A stretch of 63,576 nucleotides of DNA, the filler included, from Folioceros fuciformis (Eukaryota), in the NCBI GenBank assembly GCA_049999805.1. It is 9 parts of 9 records of this genome, joined end to end, with 100 filler letters (N's around TTAATTAATTAA, not from the genome) between each part and the next. Parts side by side here need not be neighbours in the genome. Positions count along the whole stretch, not along the records: positions 36,135 to 46,618 come from JBNGIO010001446.1; positions 46,719 to 52,576 come from JBNGIO010001447.1; 7 more parts are not named here. One strand, 5' to 3'. A program made the translations under genes and the position numbers. This document shows positions 36,404 to 47,788 of the stretch, in pieces. A model generated the notes under the pieces. The model ran no database searches, had not been told where the DNA came from, and worked only from the letters and a program-made list of their open reading frames with translations. Every line of letters starts with the position of its first letter. Positions within the stretch are counted from its first letter, which is position 1.

Positions 36404-36932
36404 GGCGGTTCCACGCCTCTAGCAACAAATCGGGCGTGCCGTCTTACCTGAACGAGGCAAGTCGCCTTGTCATTGAGAATCGAGTGGGGAGAAAGAACCC
36501 GGTCTCGAGTCGTGTTCCCGATTCGTGGTTTCAGGTTTCTGCTTGTGGCAAGACAAACTAGGGCTCGTGGACTAGGTTTGTCTGCTGGATCTTGCTCAAT
36601 TAAGCTGCTTCTGGTGCATGAGCTTGGCGTTATAAGAGTAAGAGCTGAGGTCAGAAACACAACATTTATGGTGGAAGAGGAAGGGGATGTCTTGAGCAGC
36701 AGATAGCTCGGAACCTTCTGCAACGTTGCAGAAATTGAACAGGTCTGAAGAAGTCCCTGCCTAAGCAATACGGTGCGGCTTCATGTCAAATTCCGGCCTC
36801 ATTTTCATGCCATAAACATTTTCATTTTCGGAACAGGACCATCCAATTGAGAGCATCAGTGTCTACCCCTCTCAACTGAAGCCACGGACCAAGTCTCTAC
36901 ATGCAATCAGACATGGCTCAGGAGCATGAACC

Positions 36933-38050
36933 TCATGTTGTTCCCATCCCATCCGCAATCCTCTGAAGATCAGAAACATGCGGGGTGTGATCGGGTCTTT
37001 CCTTGAACTCTCTGAACGTAGCGTGCTCAGTCGCATACGGAGGGTAGACCATGGTCTGAAGCTGGTGCAACTGTCGAGGGCGGGGCTGATTGTTGCTATT
37101 TCCATAAGGAGCAATCTGAGAAGCTGTGAGGTTGTGATATCCCCTGACGTTCACTGGAATGCTTTGGTCCTTCTCCCATGGGGCCTCTTTGTCCTTTGAT
37201 GGCCTCTTCTCATATTTCGGCAAGTCATGCAGTGTCGCATATGGAGCTGCTGTGGATGCAGGTTTGGCCATGTGCGCTCTATAAAAACAACATTGTTGCA
37301 AGTCAATCACAAAATAACCGTCACTGCAACTACGTGATCATCGCCATCCCTCTTCTCCAATGGCTTCCTCAATGGAGATAGAAAGGTAAGCTGAGGTGAG
37401 CAGTACACATAGTTGCCAAGAAACAAACAAAGAAACGGACATCTGACACGGTTCTCCACAGCCTCTGCTCCAAACGTTGAAGCTCTCGTGCGTTACAGGT
37501 ATGCGGTTGCAGAGCGTGCGTATGAGGAAAACCTAGACGGAGCATAGACTACCTACTTCATGCACTGCCAGGGCAGCTCTCCCGAAACTGATCTGCGTGT
37601 AGGCGGCTGCTGCGGTGCCGAACTCGGTGGAGACAATCTTCTCGCTCGCAGAAGAAGCAACAACTAGAAGAGCAAGAGTGTGAGCCACTGACCGAAGGCT
37701 GCCGGAACGGTTACTGCGATGCCGGAGTCCAGCAAATCCCGAAGATGCAGAAATTACGGGAAGGGAGATCGAAGTGTCGGAAGAGCGTGTGGGTTTCTCC
37801 AGTTGAGGTAAGTTGAGTACATATTTGACGTCTTTTTGGTTTGCCGCCCCCGGTTGCGTGGACGCATTATTCGAATCGTGAGCAGGCGGGGGGAAATTGT
37901 AACAAAACAAATTTTCTCTGAATTGTACAGACAATACGGAACACACTTGTAGCACAATTTAGGGCTGGAGGTAAGCAGTCGCTGGATCCTTGTTGCCGAG
38001 AAGCGCTTTCCCACAGCAAATGTTCCTTGAGGCCCTACAAATGGACAGTA
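36933..38050 (-). CDS. Possible uncharacterized multi-exon gene
   Basis: Protein-like minus-strand ORFs (37955-37533; 37310-36933, MAKPASTAAPYATLHDLPKYEKRP...) bounded by pyrimidine-AG acceptors. Family not recognised and structure unresolved. Confidence 0.3.
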
Positions 38051-38579
38051 GGTATGTGTCCAAATAGTTGAACCAGGTACAAGGTCCATGGGGTGGCAGT
38101 AGGGTCACCAAGTGCATGCAAAATACGCGAGGGGATTCCTTGTGGAAGTTACGAGGGGATGTTGTGTACAGGATGGACTGTCCATTTTGGGGTCACCAGG
38201 TGCATGGGGTGGGTGGGGATTTCTGGTGGAAATTACGAAATCACAGAATGGACGGTTAGGGAAGGGAACAGCTGGTGGGTGGAAGAAAGCTTGCGGTGGG
38301 TCTCCTACTTCCAACAAGAAGGGAAGGCGGGCAGACGCCCTGCCTGTCTTGATCTTTACAGCACCCTCCGCCCTTGCCTTGCCTTCCACTCTCCCCCACG
38401 CTCTGTGCCTGCTCTCCTGCCCCCAGGCCTTCTTGCCCTTGTGCTCGATTTCAGGTTCGTGAGCCTCATTCGCATGTCTGCTTTAAATGCACATGTACCC
38501 CTGGCTGCTTTCGACGAATTGTGTGGTGAAGAGCTAGACCTGAATCGTTCGCTACTTGCAGGGCTGTCTCTAATTCTGC

Positions 38580-39302
38580 ATGGCATCTGCCGTAGCTTTA
38601 CCTGTGTTCAAGATGGTTGCCATAAAAGACCCTGTGTGCTCTCCGCAAAGGGTGAGAATCGAATCAATTCACTTGTGCATCAAGTTCAGTGACTGGCTCT
38701 TGTATGTCTGCATCTTCTCTTGTGAAGAACTCATCTCACTTTGAGCGTATATGGTATGGCACAGTCTGTTGCGAGGTGTGAAGGGTTGAAGCTCTTCTCC
38801 TCGCAGAAGAGAAACATTGTCTGGTCGGTCCGCCACTCCCCTTCGCGGGGGAGGCTCCACATCTCTTGCGCCGTAAGGAAGCTTTCGTCTTGACAATTTA
38901 GTCGGAGTGGCATGGAACGATTTGGAAGCATCTTCTGTCAAGATTGACGCGCATGTACTGCTTTCAGAAAGCCGACTCTGCCACCGTGGAGACTGTGAAG
39001 AATGTCATCTGCAAGCAGCTGGCCATGGAAGTCAAAGACGTCCTTCCAGACTCCAAGTTTGCTGACCTTGGCGCCGACTCATTGGACACGGTCAGGAGAT
39101 AATCTGCTTTCTCACTGTCACAGCATGATGATTTGTTTGCTGAGGAGTTCTCATAGGATATGTCATCTTCCAGGTGGAGATCATAATGGCGTTGGAGGAG
39201 CAATTCGAGATATGTTTGTCTCAGGATGGAGCCGAGAAGATAGCAACAGTCCAGGATGCTGCTGATTTGATTCACGAGATTAAGACGTCCAGCACAGCAT
39301 GA
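38580..39302 (+). CDS. ACP: Plastid acyl carrier protein (copy 1), 4 exons
   Basis: Exons 38580-38651, 38765-38872, 38968-39090 and 39174-39302. Transit peptide ends LHISCA. Mature KADSATVETVKNVICKQLA...KFADLGADSLDT|VEIIMALEEQF...EKIATVQDAADLI, with the phosphopantetheine Ser in DSL. Confidence 0.96.
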
Positions 39303-39399
39303 GTTAAGCAGCCCCATCATATTTTCCATAGAAGCGCTGTGCATCATAGTTTACGTAGAACACAATCCCTGTGCATCAGAACATGTATACTTCATGGTT

Positions 39400-39570
39400 C
39401 CATTCAGTTGGGGAGCTGTCCGTGAGCAGCTGCTTCTTCTGTACCCGATCGGGGAGCTTTCTTTGAGTACATGCTCCTTCTGTACCCGATCAAGTACATG
39501 TTGCTTTTGTACCCGAACGGGGAGCTTTTCTGAGAACATGGTTAAATTGGGGAGCATTCTGTGAGTATAC
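39400..39570. repeat. Degenerate direct repeats between the two ACP 3' ends
   Basis: tgtacccga x3, ggggagc x4 and (g)agtacatg-like units. Confidence 0.65.
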
Positions 39571-39923
39571 TACTTAACGTAATGGTAAGTAGCCGGGAGT
39601 ACCCCCGAGATCAGATGGACACGTCCGCTTTAGAGTCAGAAATTGTGTTATGGCGAAACATTTACCAACGCTTTGATACGGAAAGTGGGAAGTCCCAATT
39701 GGGGTGCTTCACAAGCGGGAAAAATTACTTCGGAAAGCCAGTTTGAGTATAATCTGGATCTGCTACACTGCAAAACCAATTCGCATCCCTTCCCCACAGG
39801 CGCCGATCCCGGGGAGCTAGGGAAGATGATAAGGTTCACTCGGGTGCCGCGGCACCTCCCCTGCTTAGCCAAATCTTATTACCTAAGAACCTAGTCGTAA
39901 ACGGTGCAGCTGATGTGCTCTAT

Positions 39924-40683
39924 TCAAGCCTTGGGCTTCTGGATATAGTCATGAATCAGATCGGCAGCATCCTGAACAGTCAGAATCTTATCGTTTCCAT
40001 CCTGGTTCAAAGTGATGGAGAATTGCTCTTCAAGGGCCATGATGATCTCGACCTGCCACAATGAACCCAAAAAACACGTGATGCAAACAGAGGAGAAAAA
40101 TGAGCATGTAGCTTGAGCAAATAGCAGCTCTGAAGGGCCGCAACATCATCACCAACCGTGTCCAAAGAGTCGGCACCGAGGTCCGCGAAGTTGGAGTGCG
40201 CGTGCACGTCCTTGACCTCCATTGCCAGCTGCTTGCAGATGACCTCCTTCACCTTCTCAACTGTCTTGTCGTCTGCTTTCTGCGTGCGTTTTCCAACTTA
40301 TTAGGTTGCGCGGAGACACAAAACGGCAGGCGAATCAAACCCAACGACACACTCCACTCCCCTTTGCAGCCTCCACTTAAGGAAAATAAGACGCTCAAAG
40401 GTTCTCGCTTACCCCGCACGAGATGCGCAGCCGCGGGTACGACCTAGGACGGGTAGCCACGGCCACATATCTTCTTTGCACCGGGACGGCCTTCAGTCCC
40501 TCAAACCTGGCTATAGGCTGCCATCACGCAAGACCAGATTTAGCGCCAAACCATGGGCACGCCCTGGCATTCCCACGCAGGCCAGGACAAAATTTGAAGC
40601 CACATCATACTGACCACTTGCTGCCTGGCAGCGGAAAGAGCTGTGGCGGAAACCTTCCCCATAGACGCAGCCACGGAAGCCAT
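39924..40683 (-). CDS. ACP: Plastid acyl carrier protein (copy 2), 4 exons
   Basis: Exons 40683-40615, 40517-40413, 40279-40157 and 40052-39924. Translation LRISCG|KADDKTVEKVKEVICKQLAMEVKDV...NFADLGADSLDT|VEIIMALEEQF...TVQDAADLI. Same intron positions as copy 1. Confidence 0.96.
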
Positions 40684-41413
40684 CTCGTGCACGGGGCCTT
40701 GCTGCGAGTTGCCTGCACCACATCAAGCATCCCCGAAGCTCAGAATCCAACTTGCATGCAATGAGAAACACCCGCTCCGGCAGCTCAAACTCAGCCCGCC
40801 AGCATGCCGGCATCGAGCAAGACATCAGGCGCGCATGCAACAGCGAACTCCGTTCCCAGCTCGCATTGCCCCTTCCCGGAGCGCTACGCACCTGTGCGTA
40901 CTGAAGACGGCGCAGGCAAACGGGCGAGAGGCAAAGGCGACCGAGAGCGGATGAGCACTGCGAGCAGCACACGGGGGTAAAAGAACCAGAGCTTAGGCTC
41001 GGAACAGCTTTGGGTCCGTCGCCGTTAGCCTCGGGAGGCTCGCCGACAGGGATGGTTAGATCCCCGCGTTAGCCGCTGGTGCATTAAGCTGCCCAGCGTC
41101 ACTCCGGTTAACCGGATGTTTACTCTTCAGACAGCTGGGCCTCCGTTCAACGAAGGAGCTTTCGTACACCATAAAAAATTCACGCACTTGAATAGAAAAA
41201 TGAATGCCTACAAATTTACATCTGAGAATGGAATCTCCGGGTTGTTCGGTTCCTGAGCGACGGCAGCCGGGAGCAGAGACTATCTATACTGTACACAAGC
41301 CCAACATAAAGACATGGATGTTGGATGATTCCAATCTCCGGTGCCAGATGCATGCATCCGGCGTCTTCATTCGTGTTGCGTCTCAGTAGACGGAGGAGAC
41401 GGTTGCTCCAAAG

Positions 41414-43246
41414 CTACACTTGGTCGATGGGGCTGCAAAGTGGCAAGCTGTCAGGTACCAAGAAAGTATGGAGTGGGAAGGGAAGAAGAAGAAATCGAGG
41501 TGAAGTACCTTGGGAGAAGAGGTTGCTTCCAGTCAGAGTCCACATAAGATGGCTCTGCCAAAGGTGGGACAGTGCATGACACATGTTGTTTCTTTCTTGT
41601 TAATGATTGTGCCTTGCCCCATGTGACCACGTAGAGCCCAAGCAGGACGAGGGTGGCTCCCAGGACACTGTTACGAATTGGTGGGCTGATCGGTCAGGGA
41701 AGACAGCAGAAGAATATGTTTCCCAGGTCACCGAACTTGAAAGGAAGAAGATAGGCATACCTGCCCAAGTAGATGACGTCTCCCAGCAGGAGTAGGGCAA
41801 CGATGGCTGATACCACGGGCTGCAATGGGATGTATGCGCCCACCAGGAACGGGCCACATCGTTGGAGACACCAGGTGTTAATAGCGAAGTTGAATGCTGA
41901 TGCCATCGTGCCCTGCATGGAAGCAGGAGTTTGTTGATGAGGCTGGTGCTTGCAAGGTGTCTGAATGCTGGTCCGCAGTAGGTAGGCTCTCGGTTGAGTT
42001 GCATGTGCATCTTACCGCATAGGCAACGGAGAAGATGTCGAAGGGACAGCTTAAGACCCAGGCCGAGGGGTCCGGGACCGTAACTGCTCCATTGGCACCC
42101 AGGAGAGCTGTGCCAAAGAACATAGATAAGGCTGTTGCAGACAGAGGTGCCGGGTACCTTGAAAGAATTGGAGCCTGCAAGCCGCAAGGAGCATGTGAGA
42201 TGCGAGCCCTTTGTAGATGCAGAAACACATGGTGGGGGGCTGGTGCTCTCCATACCTGGACATTTACAAATATCCCCATGAAGAGAGCGTACAGCACAAG
42301 GCTGGCAGATCCGAATTGCCAGGATGTAATCCCGTATTTTGTTAGTGTGGAGGCAAGGAATCCTGGGATGTAAAGTCTCAATTTGTCTGCCGACGCATTC
42401 AGCATAGCAGGTGACTCGTGTCCCAGCACAATTGGCCCCTTGTACAGAGTCATGAGAATAGCACCTCCCAGAGAGAAGATGACACCCAAGATTTTGGCTT
42501 GCCCATCCTTAGTCCTGAGGTTGACGTCTTCAGTCCTGACGACGATCGGGAAGGCCAAAGTGAGCTCAACCTCAAGCTGTGCAGTTGAGGGATTCATTCC
42601 AGCCAGCTAATTACCTGAAGATGACGGCTATGAGGAAGGTGAAAATGGGGATTGCAATCTGCAACGATGCAGCATAGCCTGACGACGTGAGGGCCAGTCC
42701 AGTCATAAACAGGACTTGATTTGCATACACTCTGCAGACATCCACACAAAGTCCCGCCATTCAGAAAGCTGGAGGTACAAAATTCCTACGGTTGACATAA
42801 CATCAATTGTAAGCTGAGAATAGCAAAAAGGAGGGAGATTGACACTATTGCTAGCAACGCACCCTGTAAACCCAGCAAAGCAAAGTAGCAGGAAGAGAGA
42901 GCACGTGAAGCGAGTCCTCTTCCCTCTGTAAGAATCACAAGCACATGATTCCCACCAACAACATCGTCAGCCTGCTGCCACCACCCGGACGTCAAAGCAT
43001 GGAGAGAGCAAGGAATTGACCGACACGACATGGCCAAGGACCTTACTTTTCCAAAAAGTATCCGAATGCAGCGACCAGAACCACTCCAATTGAGCTCCGG
43101 TACACAGCGAACACAATCTGGTTCACCCCATTGCTCAAGGCTGCTTTGGTGAGCACATTGAAACCTGCTGAGCTGAGCTGGGTGAGAATGAGGGCTGCAT
43201 GGACAACCCAGATGGCCCCGTCCATCTGTTCCTGCCAGGCTGCCAT
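41414..43246 (-). CDS. UMAMIT/WAT1-related EamA (nodulin MtN21) transporter, copy 1
   Basis: VHAALILTQLSSAGFNVLTKAALSNGVNQIVFAVYR, PIFTFLIAVIFR|TEDVNLRTKDGQAKILGVIFSLGGAILMTLYKGP, ILSRYPAPLS, GPFLVGAYIPLQPVVSA, IYLGS, GLYVVTWGK and KQPLL. About 8 exons; the stop is at 41414 (terminal mini-exon) or 41451. Confidence 0.93.
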
Positions 43247-44734
43247 TTTCTCTACACACGATAGAAGCAGCAGGCACACAAGAGCCTGCAATTGAGCTCA
43301 ATCGGACACATTCCAGCCATGGCTTATAAATCGCCCAGCAGGAGCAGCAGCAGGAGCTGCAAGGAGCCTGCATTGCTTGCACGCCTGTGTGCGCCAAATG
43401 GACTGGCACAGATGCAACTGGATGGCGTGACCCCCGTCTCGGTAGCTGAAGCCAGGGACTATTTACAGCAATCTGTGTCGCCATTGCGCTACTGGGCACA
43501 CTAAACTTGGCATCCAGACACCTGAAGAGCCGCCACGGGTGCTGCACACTCATTTCCCGCCCTGTCAGGAGCGCCTGCGGAACTCTCCTGCCGTCTCAAC
43601 GCTGCCAGATTCTAGCCCTACGCGGGTGCGTTTATCCGGTTTGAGATAACCACCGGGTTCGAACATCGCTGCACCATGCTGCGTGCTGTTCTCAGTGGGT
43701 CCATGGATGTACCTCCACGTTGGAGCAAGGGTGCGGGAGGAGGGGAGTCCACACGGCCTTGGCTCAGCAAAACCAAACCGAACCCTGGCAGGCTCCTGTC
43801 TCTGGCCCACATCGCTCAAAATGGGCGGCTGTCACACTTTGTGAAAGCTGCCTCACTTGTCTGCTCACTGGGGGCCTGTTTCACTCACCCCAACGCGACC
43901 AATGCATAGAGCCCTTGCTGTCGGCCTTTCATTGCTCCAAACCGGCTTGTTGGGAACCCATTTTAAATCTCCGCAGCTTGCTTCTAGGAGTAGCCTCTGC
44001 AGCACGTGGCTGTCTATGGTCACCAGAGAATTTGGATTTTGGAAACGGCGCTCCGTAAGACACTCCACAGATTCCTCCGACTGTGCATGTGGCATACATA
44101 CATATATTCATACGTACATCATGTAGCTGGTGCCAGTACGCCAAACCTGCGAGAGAGCACGAGCGTCCAAAAGCCGATGCAGACCGACTTGTGGACCTTT
44201 TGCTGCTCTGCACACTTTGCCTGCAAAATGCAGAGTATAAAGAACGGTGAGGACACTTTCTGCCATGATGGTGCGTGTGTGACGCACGAGTTTGGATTGG
44301 ATGGAGCAGAGGCCTGATACGTTCTTCACGCATCTCAGGAATTCCATACGTAGAAATATGGATGTACTTTCCATCCTGTGATGAGGCACCGACAGCAGCT
44401 AAGGGCAGCTGCCGGGCACTCTTCTCATCACAAGTCATGTAGCAGGACTTCGAGAGCATAGCAAGGTCCAAGAGCCTGCTGCTGGTGCTCAGCAAGCTCT
44501 GCAGACTGCCAAGAGTTTGTTGGGTCGGTACAAGCCCTTACAGATCTTGCCTAACCGGCAAAGGACAGTTCTGAATCAGGAGAACGCTCGCAGATCTCCT
44601 GGGCGTGTGCTAGTATTCTGAGGTTTTATGCCGTAGCGTGTTGGCAGATTATGCCATACTGTGGGGTTGGAGGGGAGCATCTACACCTTCCCGGAGGGCT
44701 GCGAACTGTAAAAGGAAGAAGCAGTGTGGAAATC

Positions 44735-46550
44735 TCAGTCATAGCATCTGAGGTTTCAACCCGTGAGTGCCAAGTACGTGACTTGGTCTTTGTGAAGAGA
44801 GTAGTACCCTGCCTACCCGTACCTGATTAACAGGGGCTCCTTGATTTGAGAATCCAGGGACCCGGATGACGACCTCTCGGAAGGGAGGCGGTTCCTCTGC
44901 ATCGCTTCCTCCTTGGATTGCATCTTGCCCCATGTGATGAGGTAGAGCCCCATCACCACAGCTATGGCCCCTAGCAAACTGCAATGTTCACCATGTTACC
45001 GTCAGTGATGAAGGTGCCATCCTGCTCCAGAGGCCGCAGAAGGTTGAAGGGATTTGGGGGGTATGGGAACACTATTACTTGCCTTCCCAGGTAGATGACA
45101 TCGCCTATGAAGACAAAAGCTAACATGGCTGAAACCACTGGCTGCAAGGGGATGTAAGCAGCCACCAGGAACGGCCCACTTCTTTGAAACGCCCAATTTC
45201 CCAGTGCGAAGGCGAGGGCCGATACCATGGTTCCCTACAGTACAGCCACTGAGAGCAGGATCAAGGAGCCTGCCTTGCAACCACATCGCTGTGAGGGCCG
45301 TGCAGGGTATGGCAAGCACTCACCGAATAGGCGACGGCGACGATGTCAAGAACGCTGGTCAGCACCCAAGCGGAGGAGTCCTTGACTGTAAACACCCCGC
45401 CGACAAGCAGGCACAAGGTTCCAAACAGCAAGGTGAGAGCTGTTTCAGAAAAAGGTGAAGGATACCGGCGCAGAATGGGAGCCTGTAAACATCAAATCGA
45501 GGAGAGTACTGATTGTGTTGCACACAAATGACATCACACAGAGACTAGCCGAGCCAAAAGGACATGCCACTTCACTTCTTGTGTCCACCTGCAGATTGGC
45601 GAATATGCCCATACAGCAAGTGTTTGCTACCAGGCACGCCGACCCGACTTGCCAAGCCGTGATCCCATACTTGAGCGAAGCAGCAGCAACAAAAGCCGGC
45701 GTGTAGAGAGCCAGCTTCTCCGCTGAGCCATGCACCAGTGGAGGTTCAGATCCCAGAACTATCGGCCCCTGGTAAAGCGTCATGAGCGCAGCACCGAACA
45801 GAGAGCAGAGGACTCCCAGCAGCTTCGCCTGCCCATGGCGCTTGGCAACATTGATGTCCTCAATTCTGCGTAGCCACCACCACCACAAGCAGGCCCAGTG
45901 AGCACAAACTCCAGAACTTAGCCACGCCAACTTCACCGCTCACCTGAACATGTACGCTATGAGGAAGGTGAAAATGGGAGTCGCAGTCTGTAGCGCTGCA
46001 GCATACGCCGCAGACGTGAGAGCGATTCCGGTGTAAAACAACACCTGGTTTCCAAAAATCCTGCAACCAAGACCTTGGTCAAACCGAGGACGCCGCAACC
46101 AATCCAACCCAACCAATACCATCTCGTCCCCCGCTCTGCACTTACCCGACCAATCCGGCGAGAAAGATGATAAACGTAACGAACCCCGTGAGAGGAACCG
46201 TCCTCCTGCGGCATCGACAAGACGACGAGCATGAACTCAAAAACACTCGCCAATACACCCACCCGCATACACTCATCCGACTCGGAACAATAATTCAACC
46301 ACGTCCCCTGCCAGCACAAACTGCATCCCGCAGTTCTAGCTTCCTCCACATACTTCTCCAGGCAGTAAGCAGCCACGACCAGCAGCACCGTCCCCAGCGC
46401 ATTCCGGTACACCGCGAACACGAACGGGTCTATCCCGTTGCTCAGCGACGCTTTGGTGAGCACGTAGTAGCCCGACACTCCCAGCTGGCTCGCCACCAGC
46501 GCGACATGGACCTTCCACATGGCCCCCTCCTTCTGCCATGAATCCGCCAT
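44735..46550 (-). CDS. UMAMIT/WAT1-related EamA transporter, copy 2
   Basis: KVHVALVASQLGVSGYYVLTKASLSNGIDPFVFAVYR, IFGNQVLFYTGIALTS...PIFTFLIAYMFR, GQAKLLGVLCSLFGAALMTLYQGP, GPFLVAAYIPLQPVVSA and KEPLL. Exon structure matches copy 1, including a 13-nt terminal exon at 44747-44735. Confidence 0.93.
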
Positions 46551-47788
46551 GCGCCCGGCCGCCTCCTCCTCCCTCCCACCCCCGCCTCCCGTCCCGCTGC
46601 CACCCCGACAGCGCAATCNNNNNNNNNNNNNNNNNNNNNNNNNNNNNNNNNNNNNNNNNNNNTTAATTAATTAANNNNNNNNNNNNNNNNNNNNNNNNNN
46701 NNNNNNNNNNNNNNNNNNGAGGGGGAGGGACCTCCTTGGGGATGGGAGAAGGGATGAACATATTTAAATTTATTACTAACTATGTGCATAACCTAGATGA
46801 AAAACCCCAAGTATGGTTGTGATGATTCAATGGAATCTTATAATGTTATGTTGACTAGTGATATAGTTTCTAATTGAATAGTCATAAGTTTTAATATTAA
46901 ATAATATAAAAAAAATCTATGAATACAATTATATAAAAGCCTAAAACATGGAAGCAAATCTCAACTAGCAATTTTCATTAGTAAAGATTTTTGCATAAGA
47001 ATGATGCTTAGGTCTTTTTTTTTTCTTTAGGGTATCTGATTTATGGATGGGCTTTCCTCCCCATCAGTTTTTATTCAGCAAATAAAACATCATACGGTTT
47101 CTCTTTTGACGCGAGTGTATTTCAATTTCCAGGTTCTCCCTTGGTTGGATGTAACCACGGTGGTGCTTTCCGATTTTCCCTCGCAGGCTGATTCTCTGGG
47201 TTTTATTCTCCGCTTCCGTCGCCTCAGCACGTGGGTGTGTTGGGTGAGTGGCATATGCTATCGGTCGGGATGGTGACCCATTTCCACAACCAACCGTCTT
47301 TGCTTCTGACCAGTTGCCACCCCCCATGTGTCCAATCTGGGTTCGGGATGGGAAAGGCAATGGCTGCTCCACCGAAATGGACAGCTGCATGTCAGTCCGG
47401 GCTCTGGCAAGTCCACCCCAACGTTAAGCCTATGATCCAGTTAGTTATGTTTGTGGTTGTTGTTGCACTAAGAAAATGGTGATAGATTCCTAGGACATGC
47501 GGGACAAAACTCGCTAGGGCAGCAAACCAGCAAATGAGCAGACGGGTTGCAGGAGTACCCACCATTATCACATCGATCCCAGGATTGGGGAGCTTGGCAG
47601 TGTGGAAATCTTGGGGTGTGCATTGTCAAGCTTGGGACCAGCCAAGTTGTGTGGAGCCGTAGCGAGGCCTTTGCCCCGACCCATCGACCTTGAGGACAGG
47701 ATATGACGAATTTTCATGCCTCTGTTTGACTCGCAGTATCGGTAATTCCAGCCCAGAATTCAGGCGCAGCAATCTGGTTGGACGTGGC

